DNA of 64,000 nucleotides, taken from the human T2T-CHM13v2.0 reference genome, Homo sapiens. This document shows, one piece after another, positions 1 through 26,344 of this stretch. Both the position numbers and the translations under genes were made by a program. The notes beneath the pieces were generated by a model. That model was not told where the DNA came from, did not search any database, and saw nothing but the letters and a program-made list of their open reading frames with translations. Location: NCBI RefSeq assembly GCF_009914755.1, contig NC_060941.1, one strand, 5' to 3'. Within the stretch, counting starts at the first letter, position 1, and the number at the start of each line of letters is the position of its first letter.

Positions 1-7105
<7,105 letters not shown>

Positions 7106-8049
7106 TGCTTTCTATTTGAATTCAAATGTTAAATGTGTCAATAATGGAGATTAAATAAGTCTATATATGTGTGCTCCTGGAGTATAGGAAGTATCGTATA
7201 CATGTTCATTCTTAATGTAAAAGGCAATTTAGCCTAGTGGTTAAAGACCCAGGACCATACTATCTTGGCCCAAATTCTGATTTAGCCACCAACAAGTTGT
7301 GTGACCCAGAACCCATGACTTAAATCCTCTGTGCCTCAGTTGCCTTCCCTGTAAAATGGGTATGATTTAAAAATAGAACCCTTGTTCTGTGATTGTTAAG
7401 AAGATTGAGTTATAATATGTTAAAAGTGCTCAGAACAGTACAAGGTAAGTGCTCATAGGGTTGTAACTTCTGTTAGGTGATGCCACTATACGTCAGGTAA
7501 TGCAGAGAACTCAATTTTGACAATTCCTAACAATACCCAATGGAAACAATTAGTATTTGTGTGAGATCATTTATTTTGTCACCTCCTGTTGCCACTTTTC
7601 CTGTTGTACAGTAATCACCTGTAAGGCAAAAGGACTGAATGATTGTCCTCTACAAAACTAAGAGCAACTGTAGTACTTACTTAGGACCAAAAGGCAGGGT
7701 GATGGAGAAATGACTCTTCTTACTAGCTCTGTGACCTTGGAAAGATCACTTAACCTTTCTGAATTTTAGTATCATTTAGTTGCAAATCATAAATAATGAT
7801 AGCACTACCTATCTCACAGAGTGGCTGTGAGAATCAAACCAAATATCTGTAAAAATGTTTTGTAAACTATACAGTAACATGAAAATATGAGATTGTTATT
7901 ACTAACTACAATTTAAACAGGCTAGCACTAGTGCTGCTATCAGGAGTGTCAGAAGAAGTAAGGACAAATCATTCAGGAATTCATGGGTTTCCACAGCAAC
8001 ACTTTACTGTAGGGATATGTTGGCAGGAACTCCAGATCTTCCATTTTTT

Positions 8050-8210
8050 ATGTATATATATAAATATATATATATATACACATAAATAAAAATATACATA
8101 TATGTGTGTGTATGTATATATATATAGATCTGAAGTTCTTCCATTATATATATATCTGTATATGTACATATATGTGGGTGTGTATATATATGTGTGTATG
8201 TATATATATA
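8050..8210. repeat. (TA)/(TG) low-complexity tract
   Basis: Read directly; source of spurious YIYI ORFs. Confidence 0.9.
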
Positions 8211-9361
8211 CAATTTTCTGAGAACTCACTTTTTTTTGTGAATTTACAATAGTGTTCGCCATGTTTTCCACCAGTATGTATATGTAAACAACCCATGATG
8301 TAAGTTGTTTGCCACATAGCAACCTTGAAGTTGCAGAGATAGACTCTTGGGAAAAGATTACCTGAGTATTAGGAAATTTGTGATTAATGTGTCAATTTTA
8401 TTCCCTATAGTCTCTGGCATGAGATTAATCATGATTTGATTTTTTAAAATAAAATGAGATGAATTTTATTCTGGCTTGCACTACTGTTATTACACTAAGT
8501 TATATTGTTTCTCAACTCTTCCTTTTCCTTGCCAATAAAATGGAGGCTTCAACGCCTACCTTTCAGAGGTTGTTGCAAAGATCGGAAATGATCTATGCAA
8601 ACCCCTTGACAAAGAGTAATACTTGGTGATTATTATCATTAGGAGGACAAGCAAATATTTAGGGCAGCAATTCTCAGCTCCAGTCCTGCAACACTGCAGG
8701 GTGTTGCAAATTATCTCAAGGAGTGTTGTAACATTTCCAAAAGGCTCTCCAACTAAGATTATTGTAAATTTCCTTTATTTCCAGAAATAATTTCTCTGCG
8801 GGTCATTAGAAGTGGGGTTGTACTGATATCACTCAGCATATTATGAGATATCTCAGCATATTATGAGAGAGGTGAAGTTTTTATTATTCAACCTTTACCC
8901 CTTCTGTGATATCCTCTTTCCTACTCCAGTCCCAGGGTTTGGATCAGCCCAGGTATGAATCTCAGCTTAGTCACTCTCTATACATTAATTATGCATTCTG
9001 AACCCAGCGTCCTCATCTCCAAAGTTGCGACAATCATGACCATTTCATAGGATTGTTTACAGAGTCAAATTATGTGCATAAAGTCCTCAGCAGACCATAA
9101 CTAACTGTCCCCTGACTTAGCTCCTCATGATCTTGCCTGATCTCTGGGGAAGCAATGAGTGAGAATTCCAAGAGCTGTTTCACAAAAATCTCCATGAGAC
9201 AATGAAAGCCCAAGTCAACACTGTTGTAACCTACCTGCCAGAGGATGGCATATAGGATTCTTCTACTCCTAGACATTCAGGATTAAAACAAACAAACAAA
9301 CAAAAAACATTTTTAAATTAGAGGAATTACACATAAAAATTCAGATCTCTGACTTCTCTTA

Positions 9362-12840
<3,479 letters not shown>

Positions 12841-12921
12841 ATAACTGGTATTTTTTATATGCTTCCTGGGCAACTTAAAAAATTGATTACTCTGTTGTTT
12901 CTTCCTTTTTTTTTTTTTTTT

Positions 12922-13260
12922 GGCTTTGCACCAATTTGTGAGACCCAAGTATCTCCTACCTAGAAAAAAAACACACTAAACAGTAAATGATTACCAACCT
13001 ATTTGGAACAAATCTCAATTAATTAACATATACTTCAAGGAGAAGACTTAACAAAATCTTACTTTTCATTCTTAATAGCTCTTTCCATAAAAATGTTCCA
13101 CAAGTGTATCAAATTAGTCCTAACAACTACTGTTAAGTGATTAATGAAACAGGAGTGACAGGAGTGAATTTAATAATAGCAATAAATACAGATGGGACTA
13201 CATAAATTGTGGAGGTCCTGATGCAAAACTCTCTCTGTATTCGATGGCATCTCAGCTTTC
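12922..13260 (-). other. TMIGD1: TMIGD1 3' UTR (3' end approximate)
   Basis: Unique AU-rich sequence after the stop codon. ATTAAA at 13174-13169; genomic A16 tract at 12921-12906. The true cleavage site cannot be read from sequence. Confidence 0.6.
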
Positions 13261-13264
13261 TCAT
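13261..13264 (-). CDS. TMIGD1: TMIGD1 exon 7, coding part: last base of the Leu codon (CT|A) plus TGA stop
   Basis: Acceptor TCTTCATTCATTTCAG| at 13265, followed by A TGA. Completes a 789-nt CDS ending ETAL*. Confidence 0.88.
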
Positions 13265-13766
13265 CTGAAATGAATGAAGAAATTAATAATAATGATGCTC
13301 ATAGCAATAAGAAAAAAATTCAAAACAAAACCCATACTCTCTGACAACATGCCTTTGTTCTTATTACCTACTACCCACTTCACATATGCTAGAAGCGCTA
13401 AACAAAGCTGCAAAGAGAAGGCAGTATGGGGATGAATGTGGTTCCTGGCCTTGTTGTAAAGCAGTATGGACCAGTGACTTCCTCCAGAGCATTTGCATTG
13501 TGTGGCAATAAAATGCAGTTGCACAAACATTGGGCAAACTCACTTAAAGAGGGAGCAGGCTTAGGACTAAAGGTGTTCTCTATTCTAGGCAACTTTTCAA
13601 CCTGTCTTCCTCTAAAGTGGAGGCAGATTTTCCTCCACCTTCTATTCTCCTTTGAACCCCTTCCCCTTCCAGCACCTCCCATCTCTGGAGTTTGTCTAGA
13701 GTGATGCATATCACTGCTATTCATCTGCTTATTTAAAAAGCACTGGTCCCGGCCTAGAGTACTTAC

Positions 13767-13807
13767 AGAGCTGTTTCACTGTGAGGGTCTTTATCCTTCA
13801 TGCAGAG
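13767..13807 (-). CDS. TMIGD1: TMIGD1 exon 6: cytoplasmic tail LCMKDKDPHSETA(L)
   Basis: Acceptor TTTGCTTTTAG| at 13808 and donor CT|GTAAGT at 13766. 41 nt, in frame with exon 5. Too short for the ORF track. Confidence 0.94.
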
Positions 13808-13992
13808 CTAAAAGCAAACATGGCAGTAAATTAGCCTGCTTTTTAAGGCCCATGGAGAAATATTTTGAATGCATTAAGATGGCTCGAGGACAGGTGTGTG
13901 TCCTGTGCACACCTCTGCACTGGCTCAGGCGTCATTTTTGGGGCCACACTAGTAGTTTTTATTAAACTCAAAGAAGATGTAACTCTTAGTTA

Positions 13993-14392
<400 letters not shown>

Positions 14393-14425
14393 CTAGTGCT
14401 TTGGGAGGCTGAGGCAGGCAGATCA

Positions 14426-14635
<210 letters not shown>

Positions 14636-15384
14636 CTATCTCAAAAAAATAAAAAAAGAAAGAAAGAAAGACAGAAAGAAAGAAAGAAAAGAAACAACAA
14701 CAACTAAAATATGCTTGGGATTGGAATAGGGGGTGGAGTGAATTTCTTCTTGAGAGACATGGCTGCCCTGTTGCTATGTGTTCCAAGGAGAATGCCCCTT
14801 GCTGAATGATGAACTCAGCCTAGGGCTTTCTGCCTTTTTTGCTCTCCTTTGGCACTGAATTAGCTGGCAGAGTCAAATGCATGGCATTAACCTAAGCATG
14901 CACGTATTCTGAATCATACCAACCAACGAGGATAACCACTTTATAATTCAAACACCAGTCCACTACAGCCAGGGCATGTGGCTATAGTCCAGAAGTGAGC
15001 AGCCAATGCCATCTTTTCCATGCAGATCTCTGAATCTAGAGCGGATGTTCCTCCCTATATTTATTTATTATACCACAGGTATCATAGCAACAATAAAGGG
15101 CAATTTAAAAGGAGGAAAATCAGCCCCCAATTGCCTACCCCTGGCAACACAGCTATTTTCAATTCAGGCTTTGCCCATGTGCACTTCTCTTCTTTGTAAA
15201 TCTGTACTCATAATGTACATATAATTTTTATTCCCTTGAGCAACTGTATTTTAGATCTCATGGTATAAAGACCAGATTTGACTTTGCCAAGAAGGGTTCC
15301 TAACTGAAGTCACTTATATTTCTAGCTTTCTGCCTTTATTCAGATGATGGCTTTTTACTTAAATAGCTCAGAATACTTAGATAC

Positions 15385-15488
15385 CTTCATTATTTTCTTT
15401 CTTCTAGCAATCAGTCCAAAGCACAATGTCAGAAAGATCACAACACATGCAGCAATAATGGGCTCTATTGGTACACCCACAGTTTTAT
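15385..15488 (-). CDS. TMIGD1: TMIGD1 exon 5: transmembrane helix and basic juxtamembrane motif (DKTVGVPIEPIIAACVVIFLTLCFGLIARRKKIMK)
   Basis: Acceptor TTTCCTACAG| at 15489 and donor AAG|GTATCT at 15384. 104 nt, phase 1 to 0. About 21 hydrophobic residues followed by RRKK. Confidence 0.96.
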
Positions 15489-15769
15489 CTGTAGGAAATG
15501 CAAACACAGGGAATAAGAATGAACATTTATATACTTCCAATACGTCCCAGCAATGGTGCCTTGAACTTTATGTGTGTCATCCCCTTAATTAAACCTTCTC
15601 AACAATCTCAAAAGGTAGGTATGATTGTCCTCATTTCACAGGTGAGGAACCAGGAGGTTTGAGGGGTTAGAGTGCTTGTTCAAAGTCATAGAACTAGGCC
15701 GGGTGCAGTGGCTCATGCCTGGAATCCCAGCACTTTGGAAGGCTGAGGCGGGCAGATCACTTGACGTCA

Positions 15770-16215
<446 letters not shown>

Positions 16216-16588
16216 TCAACGATTTTGCCTGGATTTTGAAAAGTCCAAAATATATTGGGAAGTATCCTGGGGTGGGTGAGGGAAGAGAGGGAGGAAGGCT
16301 TTGAGAGCAAGAAGAGAAAGGGTGGAGAGCTTTCTGGACTAAGAAGGAGAGAGAGGTCTGTGGGCCTCAAAAGCAGTGGGGAGCCTTGTACCTGTACTGC
16401 AATGGTGCCCCAAGCAGGTGACAAGACATTATAGAAGGTAGGTGGCTGCATAGTGTCTCTAGGGAAGTAGGACTCTAAGCATGAGCCTTCCCAACCTTGG
16501 CAAAGTTTTCTGCATCTCTCTAAATGCCATGCAAAGAGAGAGAGCCTACTTCTAACTTGGACTAGGAAGAGATCAGCAGCAACCATGA

Positions 16589-16878
<290 letters not shown>

Positions 16879-17415
16879 TGATCCGCCTTCCTTGGCCTCC
16901 CTAAGTGCTTGGATTACAGGTATGAGCCACCGCACCGGGCCAAGAGCTACTTTATTTATCAGTCACTATAGGCATAGTGCCTGTGTTTGCAAGCTTTCTA
17001 AGAGCCTTTGAAAATATTTGAGACCCAGAAAAAAATGATTGGCCCCAAGATATGAAAAGAAAGTAGCAAAATTAATCAAAATTAATCAATGTTTAAGCAT
17101 CTGTAAAATGCAACCTGGCATCAACTCTAACCGAACTGTTAAATAATAATGTTTAAACCTCAAGAACCAAATGAGTAACTTATTTATAACAAAATTCAAA
17201 ATCTATACAAGTTATAAAAATTCTTTCAAAAATTTTATAGCAGAAAGCACATACAATGTGCTTTGCTTTAATATCTTTGATATGATATGGAATGAAACTC
17301 TCAAAAGTAAAAGTGAAAGCCAGGCAGCGTGGCATATCCATAGTCCCAGACACTTGGGAGGCTGGGGCAGGAGGATTGCTTAAGCCCAGGAGTTCAGGGC
17401 TATAGCACCCTATGA

Positions 17416-17700
<285 letters not shown>

Positions 17701-18443
17701 TGATCTGCCTGCCTTGGCCTCCTAAAGTGCTGGGATTATAGGTGTGAGCCACCATGCCTGGCCAACCCCTTTTTTTTTTTTTTTAGAGATGGAGCCTGGG
17801 TATGTTGCCCAGGCTGGTCTTGAACTCCTGACCACAAGCAATTCTCCTACCTGGGCCTCCCAAAGTGTTGCAATTACAGGCATCAGCCACTGCACCTGGC
17901 AGGACCCCGTTTCTTAAAAAAGTAACAAAGTAAAAGTGCTTCAGTTCAACAAAGGTTTTAAAGTGACCTTGTCTAAGCCCCTGGATTCTGATGCCATCCA
18001 ACGACGGGAAGGAGCTTCAGTCATGGCTTAAGTAACATTTTAGGCATTTAAAGGAAATTGAGCATGTGCTATTTATCGCACAATTGAGTTTATGGATTGA
18101 GGTGCAGTCAACAAATATTTACTGAGTGACTAATGTGTGTTATGCACTGTGTTCAGCACTGCAAAAAATAGGACAGGTGTAGAAGGCTCCTCTGCCTTCG
18201 TGGAGCTCATCTTCTAGTGAGGGAGACAGACATTAAACAAACAGACACTACAGATTAAGTATTAGAAAGGAAACAGGGTCATGAGTTAGCAAGTGAAGGG
18301 CAAAAACCAGGGAAGAGGGGAAGAAGTGACTTTAGGTAAATTTAATTTCAAAGCCCAATCCCTATATACCTTAAGATTATGAAATAGGGTTTATCTCCCC
18401 TGTCCCCATAACTGTATAACACACTAACCAGTTATTATTATAA

Positions 18444-18611
<168 letters not shown>

Positions 18612-19063
18612 TGATGTAGAGACAGGGTTCCAATATGTTGCCCAGGCTGTTTTGGAACTCCTGGGCTCAAGCAACCCTCCCGCTCGGTCTCCCAAAGTCC
18701 TGGGATTACAAGCATGAACCATCCCACCCAGCCTGTAACTACCTTTTTATCATTTCCTGCTCTGGATAATTTTGGGAAATAAATGGATTAAATTTTTGCC
18801 CTCTCTTAGCTGTTTCTAAAAATTATTCTCATGAAGGTATGGGTCATATCACCCCTATGGAGAAACTTTGCTCAGGGAGCCTTTTTCTAGTAAGCCCTGG
18901 TTCTGTACTAGCCAGCTCTGGGACACACCAAAGGCCCGTCAACCTTACTGGGGAGCCCCTCTATTTGCAAGATATCAAAACAAAGGGGAAGTAAAGGTGG
19001 GACAATAAGAAAAAGAAATCAGAATTCAGTCACAGGTTGGAATATTTTTACCAAGCCAGATAA

Positions 19064-19342
<279 letters not shown>

Positions 19343-21421
19343 TGATCCACCCGCCTCGGCCTCCCAAAATGCTGGGATTACAGGCGTGAGCCGCTGCACC
19401 TGGCTGACAGCTCTTATTCTATACACAAACCGAAGTAAACTACCTTACCCATTGGCTTGCTTTGGATTCCAAATTTCTGTTGAAAGTGACTTTGGTCGGG
19501 GCATGGTGGTTCATGCCTGTAACCCCAGCACTTTGGGAAGCTGAGGTGGCAGATTGCTTGAGCCCAGGAATTCAAGACCAGCCTGATCCACATGGCAAGA
19601 CCTCATCTCTACAAAAACAATTTTTTTGATTAGCTGGTTCTGATGGCACGCACCTGTCCCAGCTATTCAGGAGGCTGAAGTGGAAAGATCGCTTGAGCCT
19701 GGGGGGATGAGGCTGCAGTGAACTATGATTACGCTACTGCACTCCAGCCTGGGTGGCAGAGCGAGACCCTGTCTCCAAAAAAATAAAAGAAAAAGAAAGA
19801 AAAAAGAGACTTTGGCAAGGGTAATTACATAACTGCCCCTCTCCCCTTGTCCTGTTTTATGGTCTCATTTGTAACCAGACCTGATATTTCCCTCCTATAT
19901 TCATCATGGTTAAATAATCCCAACACATGGGCTAAATCTTGTGCTCAAGAAAAGATCTGTGATGTCGTTTGTAGCTTTGCATGGCCTCATTTAGGTACTT
20001 CCTCACTGAGCCGTGAAGCCAGGAGAGGGCTCATGAAAATCTTGGCATTTAGCCCAAGCCCCAGCAGCAGAGCATTTATGCCACCAGCCGTGGGAAGTAG
20101 CTAAGCAAGAAGAAATAAGAAAAACAAGTTGGTTTGGAAGAGCCCCACCCAAAACAAGTTTCTGCCCACCTGAAAGCCAATTTGCTAAGCTAGCATCCTG
20201 ATTGCCACATAAGCTGTACTTTTTTTTAATGTGACACAGAGCAATTATGATTTCTTCTTAACCAGGAGGGATATAATTCCCTGGCCTGCAAGTGTGGTGT
20301 TCATAGTCAGGATGGCAGGGCATGAGGCCCACCCTTCCATGCTTTTGTGGTCTTGGGGGAGGTAAATAACCACAAAGCTTTTTCACTGCTTCTATCTCAT
20401 GGGTATTCAGGATATTTGTGGGTTTGGTTTTTAAAACAAGTAGCCCCTGAGCAATTGTTAGTGCTCCGCAGGACGAATTACTGATCATTCCAGGAATCAC
20501 AGTGATGGGCATTCAACCACCAGTAAGTCTTCTTCCCCACTAGCCACTCTTTTCATATCCCATAACTCTTCCCCTCAAGGGGAAGCAAATAAGATGTCCT
20601 ATGGTTACATCACCACAACACTTCTGGCAGGGGTTCAGCTGGCTTCCTGGTGACTGACAAGACTGGCAATAAGTGAGTACAGGGAGGCAAATGACAAAGT
20701 GAGTAATGTTCTAACAAGATATGGGAGTCTCAGCTTGTTGGGCTGCTCCTGGTGTGCTAGCATGAGAGCAGACCATGTGTGAATGAGCATTTTTGGCATC
20801 TGCTACCCCAGGTATTTTGCCTTTCTCTTTTTGTATGAGCAAGAAATATGAGGAGGGAAAACCCCACAGAGCATCATTTGTTCTGTCATTGTAGAGGTGA
20901 TAACCCTGGGTAGATGAAGCATGAATCCAAGAGAAAGGGCTTTTTTGTCCTCTTATTTTTTCCTACTCTCTCTGCTGATTACCCTACAGGTTAGAATTTG
21001 AGTTAGGAGTGATTGTAGGGATCCATTTTCTTATCTAGTCCTAATTTCTCTTCTCTGTGTGTTTTTTACTTCTGTTAGTTATGAAGCTGTGAACTCAAAA
21101 GTCCAGTTGCTACACACATTGTTGCCCAGGAGAATTCATGGAAATACTCTTCCCTAAAAGCCAAGCAGGATTGTTTCCTATATTTGGTTCTAAGAAAGGA
21201 TTCTTGCTCAAAAAACAGTGTCCTGTATGGAATGGGCATGATTTCCCTGAAAGGATGGACTAGGATTCTTAGTGGAAAAATCCTTGGATGGGGATGATTC
21301 TCCAAAGAAAATCCTGGCCCTAATCATAACCGTTATTATCATTTATTGTCACCAGAAATATTCACTGAGCATCTGGTGTGAGTTTTGCACTGTGCTGGGT
21401 ATTACTTAAAAAGAGCATTAC

Positions 21422-21700
21422 CTTTAACAATCAGGTGAAAGTCCAAGCTCTCCGTTTTCAGAGATGACTTTGCAATACAACTGTAGGTTCCGTTGTCAGG
21501 CTTCTCGACTTTGGTGATTGACAGCTGAAAAGACTCACTTGTCTGTTGGATTTGGTGACGGCTTTTCTCTAAATCGAGGAGACTACTGTTTTTGTACCAC
21601 ATCATTTGAGCCTGGGGGTTGGCTTTCACATTGCAAACCAACTTCACATTACTGCCTTCCTCAACTGTTTGGAAGTCGTTTCCACTTAGGAGAGGAGGAA
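21422..21700 (-). CDS. TMIGD1: TMIGD1 exon 4: Ig-like domain 2 (FPPLLSGNDF...LVCNVKANPQAQMMWYKN...DNGTYSCIA...FHLIVK)
   Basis: Acceptor TCTTGCAG| at 21701 and donor AAG|GTAATG at 21421. 279 nt, phase 1-1, with the canonical DxGxYxC Ig motif. Matches ORF 21402..21713. Confidence 0.97.
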
Positions 21701-22849
21701 CTGCAAGACTCAAGCATTTAGATTTAATTAGCAGATAAGCAATAGTTCACTGTCAGAGTTCAAAGTCTTCCTTCAATCTATCTCATGTGGTCATTTATTC
21801 ATTTGACAAAAATTTATTAAATACGTACGGTGTGACAAGCACTGGGGTAACAAGGGCAAATAACACTTCCAGTTCCAAATCTCATAGAACTTTTAATGTG
21901 ATGAAGAAGACAAACCATGAAACAATATATGATTATGAGCATGATATATATAGTAATGATCTATGACAAGCAGACAATTTGTAACACTACCCAAGAGTAT
22001 AAGCCTTGAGTCTTTCTTCTCTGAGAATTAATAAACCAACCTGTGCTAGTGTTGCACAAAACAGTACAAAATTAAGAAGACATACATTGCAATTAGATCT
22101 AATTCCATCTACACCGTTTACTGTGACTTTGAGACAGTTAACTAACTGCTAAGGCCTCTGTTTCTCATGTAAAAAAAAATGGGATAATCATACATCTCCT
22201 GAGATGCTGTAAAGATTAAATAAAATAATCCCTGTAAAGAATTTGCCACAGTGCTAGCCGCTATTATTATTACGGTGGTGGTGGTTTTGAGGGTTACTCT
22301 CACCGTCTGTTTTTGCATTTTATCGAACCATTGCCTTGGTAACATATTCACCAATGCATCTTTGCGTTTTCTCAGTGGTGCTCTAGAAATAATGTCCTCC
22401 TCCCAGAAGGTGTTCTAAGCATGAGAACTCTGGCATCTGTGGAAGGCAAGTGAGTCCCTCTCATCCTTGTGTGTGAGCAACTCCTTTTTTCCTCTACAAT
22501 CAGGGCAGTTGTAGACCCATAGACAGTCAAACACGTCTATCACTGTGCATATTCTGGCAGAAGTGCAGAATAGTAATGAAATGGTTGGAGAGTGGGAACT
22601 AGGAAAAAGATAGAGACGGAGAAGGAGGAAAAAGGAGCTTGTATAATCTGCACACTGAATAATTAGACCCTGAGTAGGCTGTGTTATTAATAACTCTCTC
22701 AGAAGAATGACATTTTGTTGCTCTTTGGAATGAGCTCGAATTCTGTATCATATCCAACAAGGATGTTATATGGTATTCAGATAGGAAGGAAGCTGCTGGA
22801 ATAGAGAACATAATTGCCAAATGGAACAATTCCATTTGTGGACAGATTC

Positions 22850-23500
22850 TGTTAGTGATTTCTTTCTATTTAACTATTTGAAATTAATTTAAGCATATCA
22901 GTATATGTGAATATCCCCTCTGTAAAAATTAGTACATTTTAGATAAAGCTAAGATCCAAGCTGGTCACTTCCTGATCCCCAGAGATACCCACTGTTATGA
23001 GTTTGGTGTAAATCCTTCCCTATCTTTCTTTTTTCTTAAATAGTTTTCTATACATATAGTGTACCCATAGGAAATATATCATATTATTTTAGGGACATGG
23101 GAAGGTTTTACATAAAATACTTCCTTTCTCTCAGTAACTTGCATGTTTTTGAGATATGTTTATATTGAACCACAGAGATCTAGCTTATTGCTTTTAGAAT
23201 GCTATAGTATAATGTATGCCTTTAATCATTTGTGTTTTGATGGGCTTTAGGTTGTTTTCATTTTAAAATGTTAAACAATGCTACAATAAACATCCTTGTA
23301 CATATCTCTTTATGATCCTGTGCATGTATTTCTCCAACGTTAACATCTAGAAGGAGAAATGCTGTGTCGTAAGATATGCACACTTTAAATTTTGATAAGT
23401 ATTTTGAAAGAGGTGTTCTCAATTTAAACTTTCAGCAACGAGGTATGAGAGGACCTGTTTCTCCACATTCTCCCCCAAACAGTGTATTATCAAGCTTCCA
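22850..23500 (-). mobile_element. L1ME-like fragment in TMIGD1 intron 3
   Basis: AT-rich L1 3'-end text (AACAATGCTACAATAAACATCCTTGTACATATCTCTT; CCTGTTTCTCCACATTCTC). Boundaries approximate. Confidence 0.6.
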
Positions 23501-23648
23501 TTTAGTTCTTGATTCTGCTATTTATAACAATAATGGTCCTGCCTTTGAAGGGTACATAATATCCTTGTCACATTTTATGAGCTCATTTTGATTTATTGGT
23601 TGATGACTTTGTGTCAGTACTGTCATTATGGATTACTGAGCAATTAAC

Positions 23649-23651
<3 letters not shown>

Positions 23652-23685
<34 letters not shown>
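23652..23685. repeat. (AC)17 microsatellite in TMIGD1 intron 3
   Basis: Read directly. Confidence 0.95.
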
Positions 23686-23687
<2 letters not shown>

Positions 23688-23769
23688 AGCAACAATGATA
23701 TTTAGGAGATTGTTATAAACAGAATTTAAACAGTGGATTGAGGCTAGAAAACTGAAAACAATTTCTTTA

Positions 23770-24054
<285 letters not shown>

Positions 24055-25268
24055 TTAAGCACTAGGTTAGAAGCTTGGGAATTAGTGTTTTATTCTCAGC
24101 TGCACCTATGATTTGAGCCCCTAGTCCGGGCCTTAGTTTCCTTAGCTGTCTTTTTATTTTATTTTATTTTATTTTATTTTTTTTGAGACAGGGTCTCATT
24201 CTGTTGCCCAGGTTGAAATGCAGTGGCGCAATCACAGCTCGCTGAAGCCTCAAACTTCCGGGCTCAGAAGATCCTGTAGCCTCAGCCTCCCGAGCAGCTG
24301 GGGCTACAGATGTGTGCCACCATGCCCAGCTAATTAAAAACACACCTTATTTTTTTTTTTTGGTAGAAATAGGGTCTCACTATGTTATGTTTGTAGAGAT
24401 AGGGTCTTTCTACCAAATCATACTGCATCATTATACCTCACCCATTGCCATACCATCCACACCATTCTCATGCAGAACCAGCTTTTCACCCAACAACCCA
24501 TGTGATCATCTACATTGTATCACTTGACAGTCCCCTAAGCCTATACAGTTCTACCAATGGGTTACCAATACCTGGAACCCAGTCATTGAAAAGCTTCACC
24601 TTTTTTGATTTTAAGGTGATGTTTAAAGATTCCCTAATGAAAATCTTTTTTTTTTTTTTTTGAGATGGGTCTCACACTGTTGCCCAGGCTGGAGTGCAGT
24701 GGTGGCATCTCAGCTCATTGCAACCTCTGCTTCTTGAGTTCAAGCAATTCTCCTGCCTCAGCCTCCTGAGTAGCTGAGATTACAGGTGCCTACCACCGCA
24801 CCTGGCCAATTTTTGTATTTTTAGTAGAGGCCAGGTTTCACCATTGTTGGTCAGGCTGGTCTCGAACTCCTGATCTTAAGTGATCCATTTGCCTCTGCCT
24901 CCCAAAGTGTTGGGATTACACACATGAGCCACTGTGCCAGGCCATGAAAATCTGTCTAAGCAGAACACAAAAGCTAGGAACTACAAAGGAAAAGACTTGA
25001 AGCTTTAAATATATAAACATTTAAAATTTCAATATGGCAAAAAAGAACAATAAAAATTTTCAAAAACAAATAGGAGAAATACTTACAATTCAAAATGACA
25101 AAGGACTAATTTCCTTAATCTACAAAGCCCTTGTACAGATTAATGAGAAAAAAGCATAAAACCCAACGGAAAAAAATGAGTTAAGGATACAAGCAGGCAT
25201 TTCATGGAAACAAACAAAAAAAAGACCATTATGTTTACACAAAGGTGAACACCCTCATTCTTAATTTA

Positions 25269-25735
<467 letters not shown>

Positions 25736-25858
25736 TCATACTTTGTGGTAGGAGCATAAATTGGGCAATTTGGCAATACCAAGACCTAGATTTCAACTAC
25801 CACTTCATGTGTTACAGACATTACAGACCCACTAGCTGTTTCTTTTCCCCTCACTCAC

Positions 25859-26137
25859 AAGTAACATTCAGCACCACCGAAACGGACACGGACTGATCCC
25901 TCCCCAGCCTGCAGGTAAAGCTGATTCCGTTGTCATTTTCACTGATGGAAGAGACACAGACAGAGCTGGAATTGATTTTGTTTCCAGATTTCAAATCCAC
26001 TCTCCCCTCCTCTCGGTACCAGAGCAGTTCTTCCTCTCTGGTGTGGTTTTGAACAGCACATATCAGAGATGCTTGGGAGCCAGGTGTAGTATCCAGGATA
26101 TAGTTCTCAGTTTTACCATTCACAGTTAAAACAGAAC
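25859..26137 (-). CDS. TMIGD1: TMIGD1 exon 3: Ig-like domain 1 (SSVLTVNGKTENY...LICAVQNHT...LLWYREE...FTCRLG...VLNVT)
   Basis: Acceptor CTCCCAG| at 26138 and donor T|GTGAGT at 25858. 279 nt, phase 1-1, open frame with the Ig C...W...C pattern and sequons NHT, NSS, NVT. Matches ORF 25851..26123. Confidence 0.97.
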
Positions 26138-26344
26138 CTGGGAGTATAGGGAGAAACTATTTAGATATACAGAGTAAACAACCTTAATGCTCATGAACAG
26201 GGGATTGGTTAAATAAGTTATGTTACATCAGTAGAACAAAATAAACTCTCAACGATTAAAAATAGTCATATTGATCTATATGATTTTATAATGAAAAATA
26301 TTCATAATGTATTGTTAACTGAAAAAGAAAAAGATTAAAATGTG

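Noticed and set aside
13261-13724. ORFs 13261..13530, 13398..13724 and 13426..13704
   Set aside because: They lie in intron 6. One merely shares the TGA at 13261-13263 and none has recognisable protein features.
15355-15384. Exon 5 read-through giving a TM isoform ending KVSKYSELFK* without the PDZ motif
   Set aside because: Downstream splicing would make it an NMD target and I have no positive evidence for a used intronic poly(A) site; too speculative.
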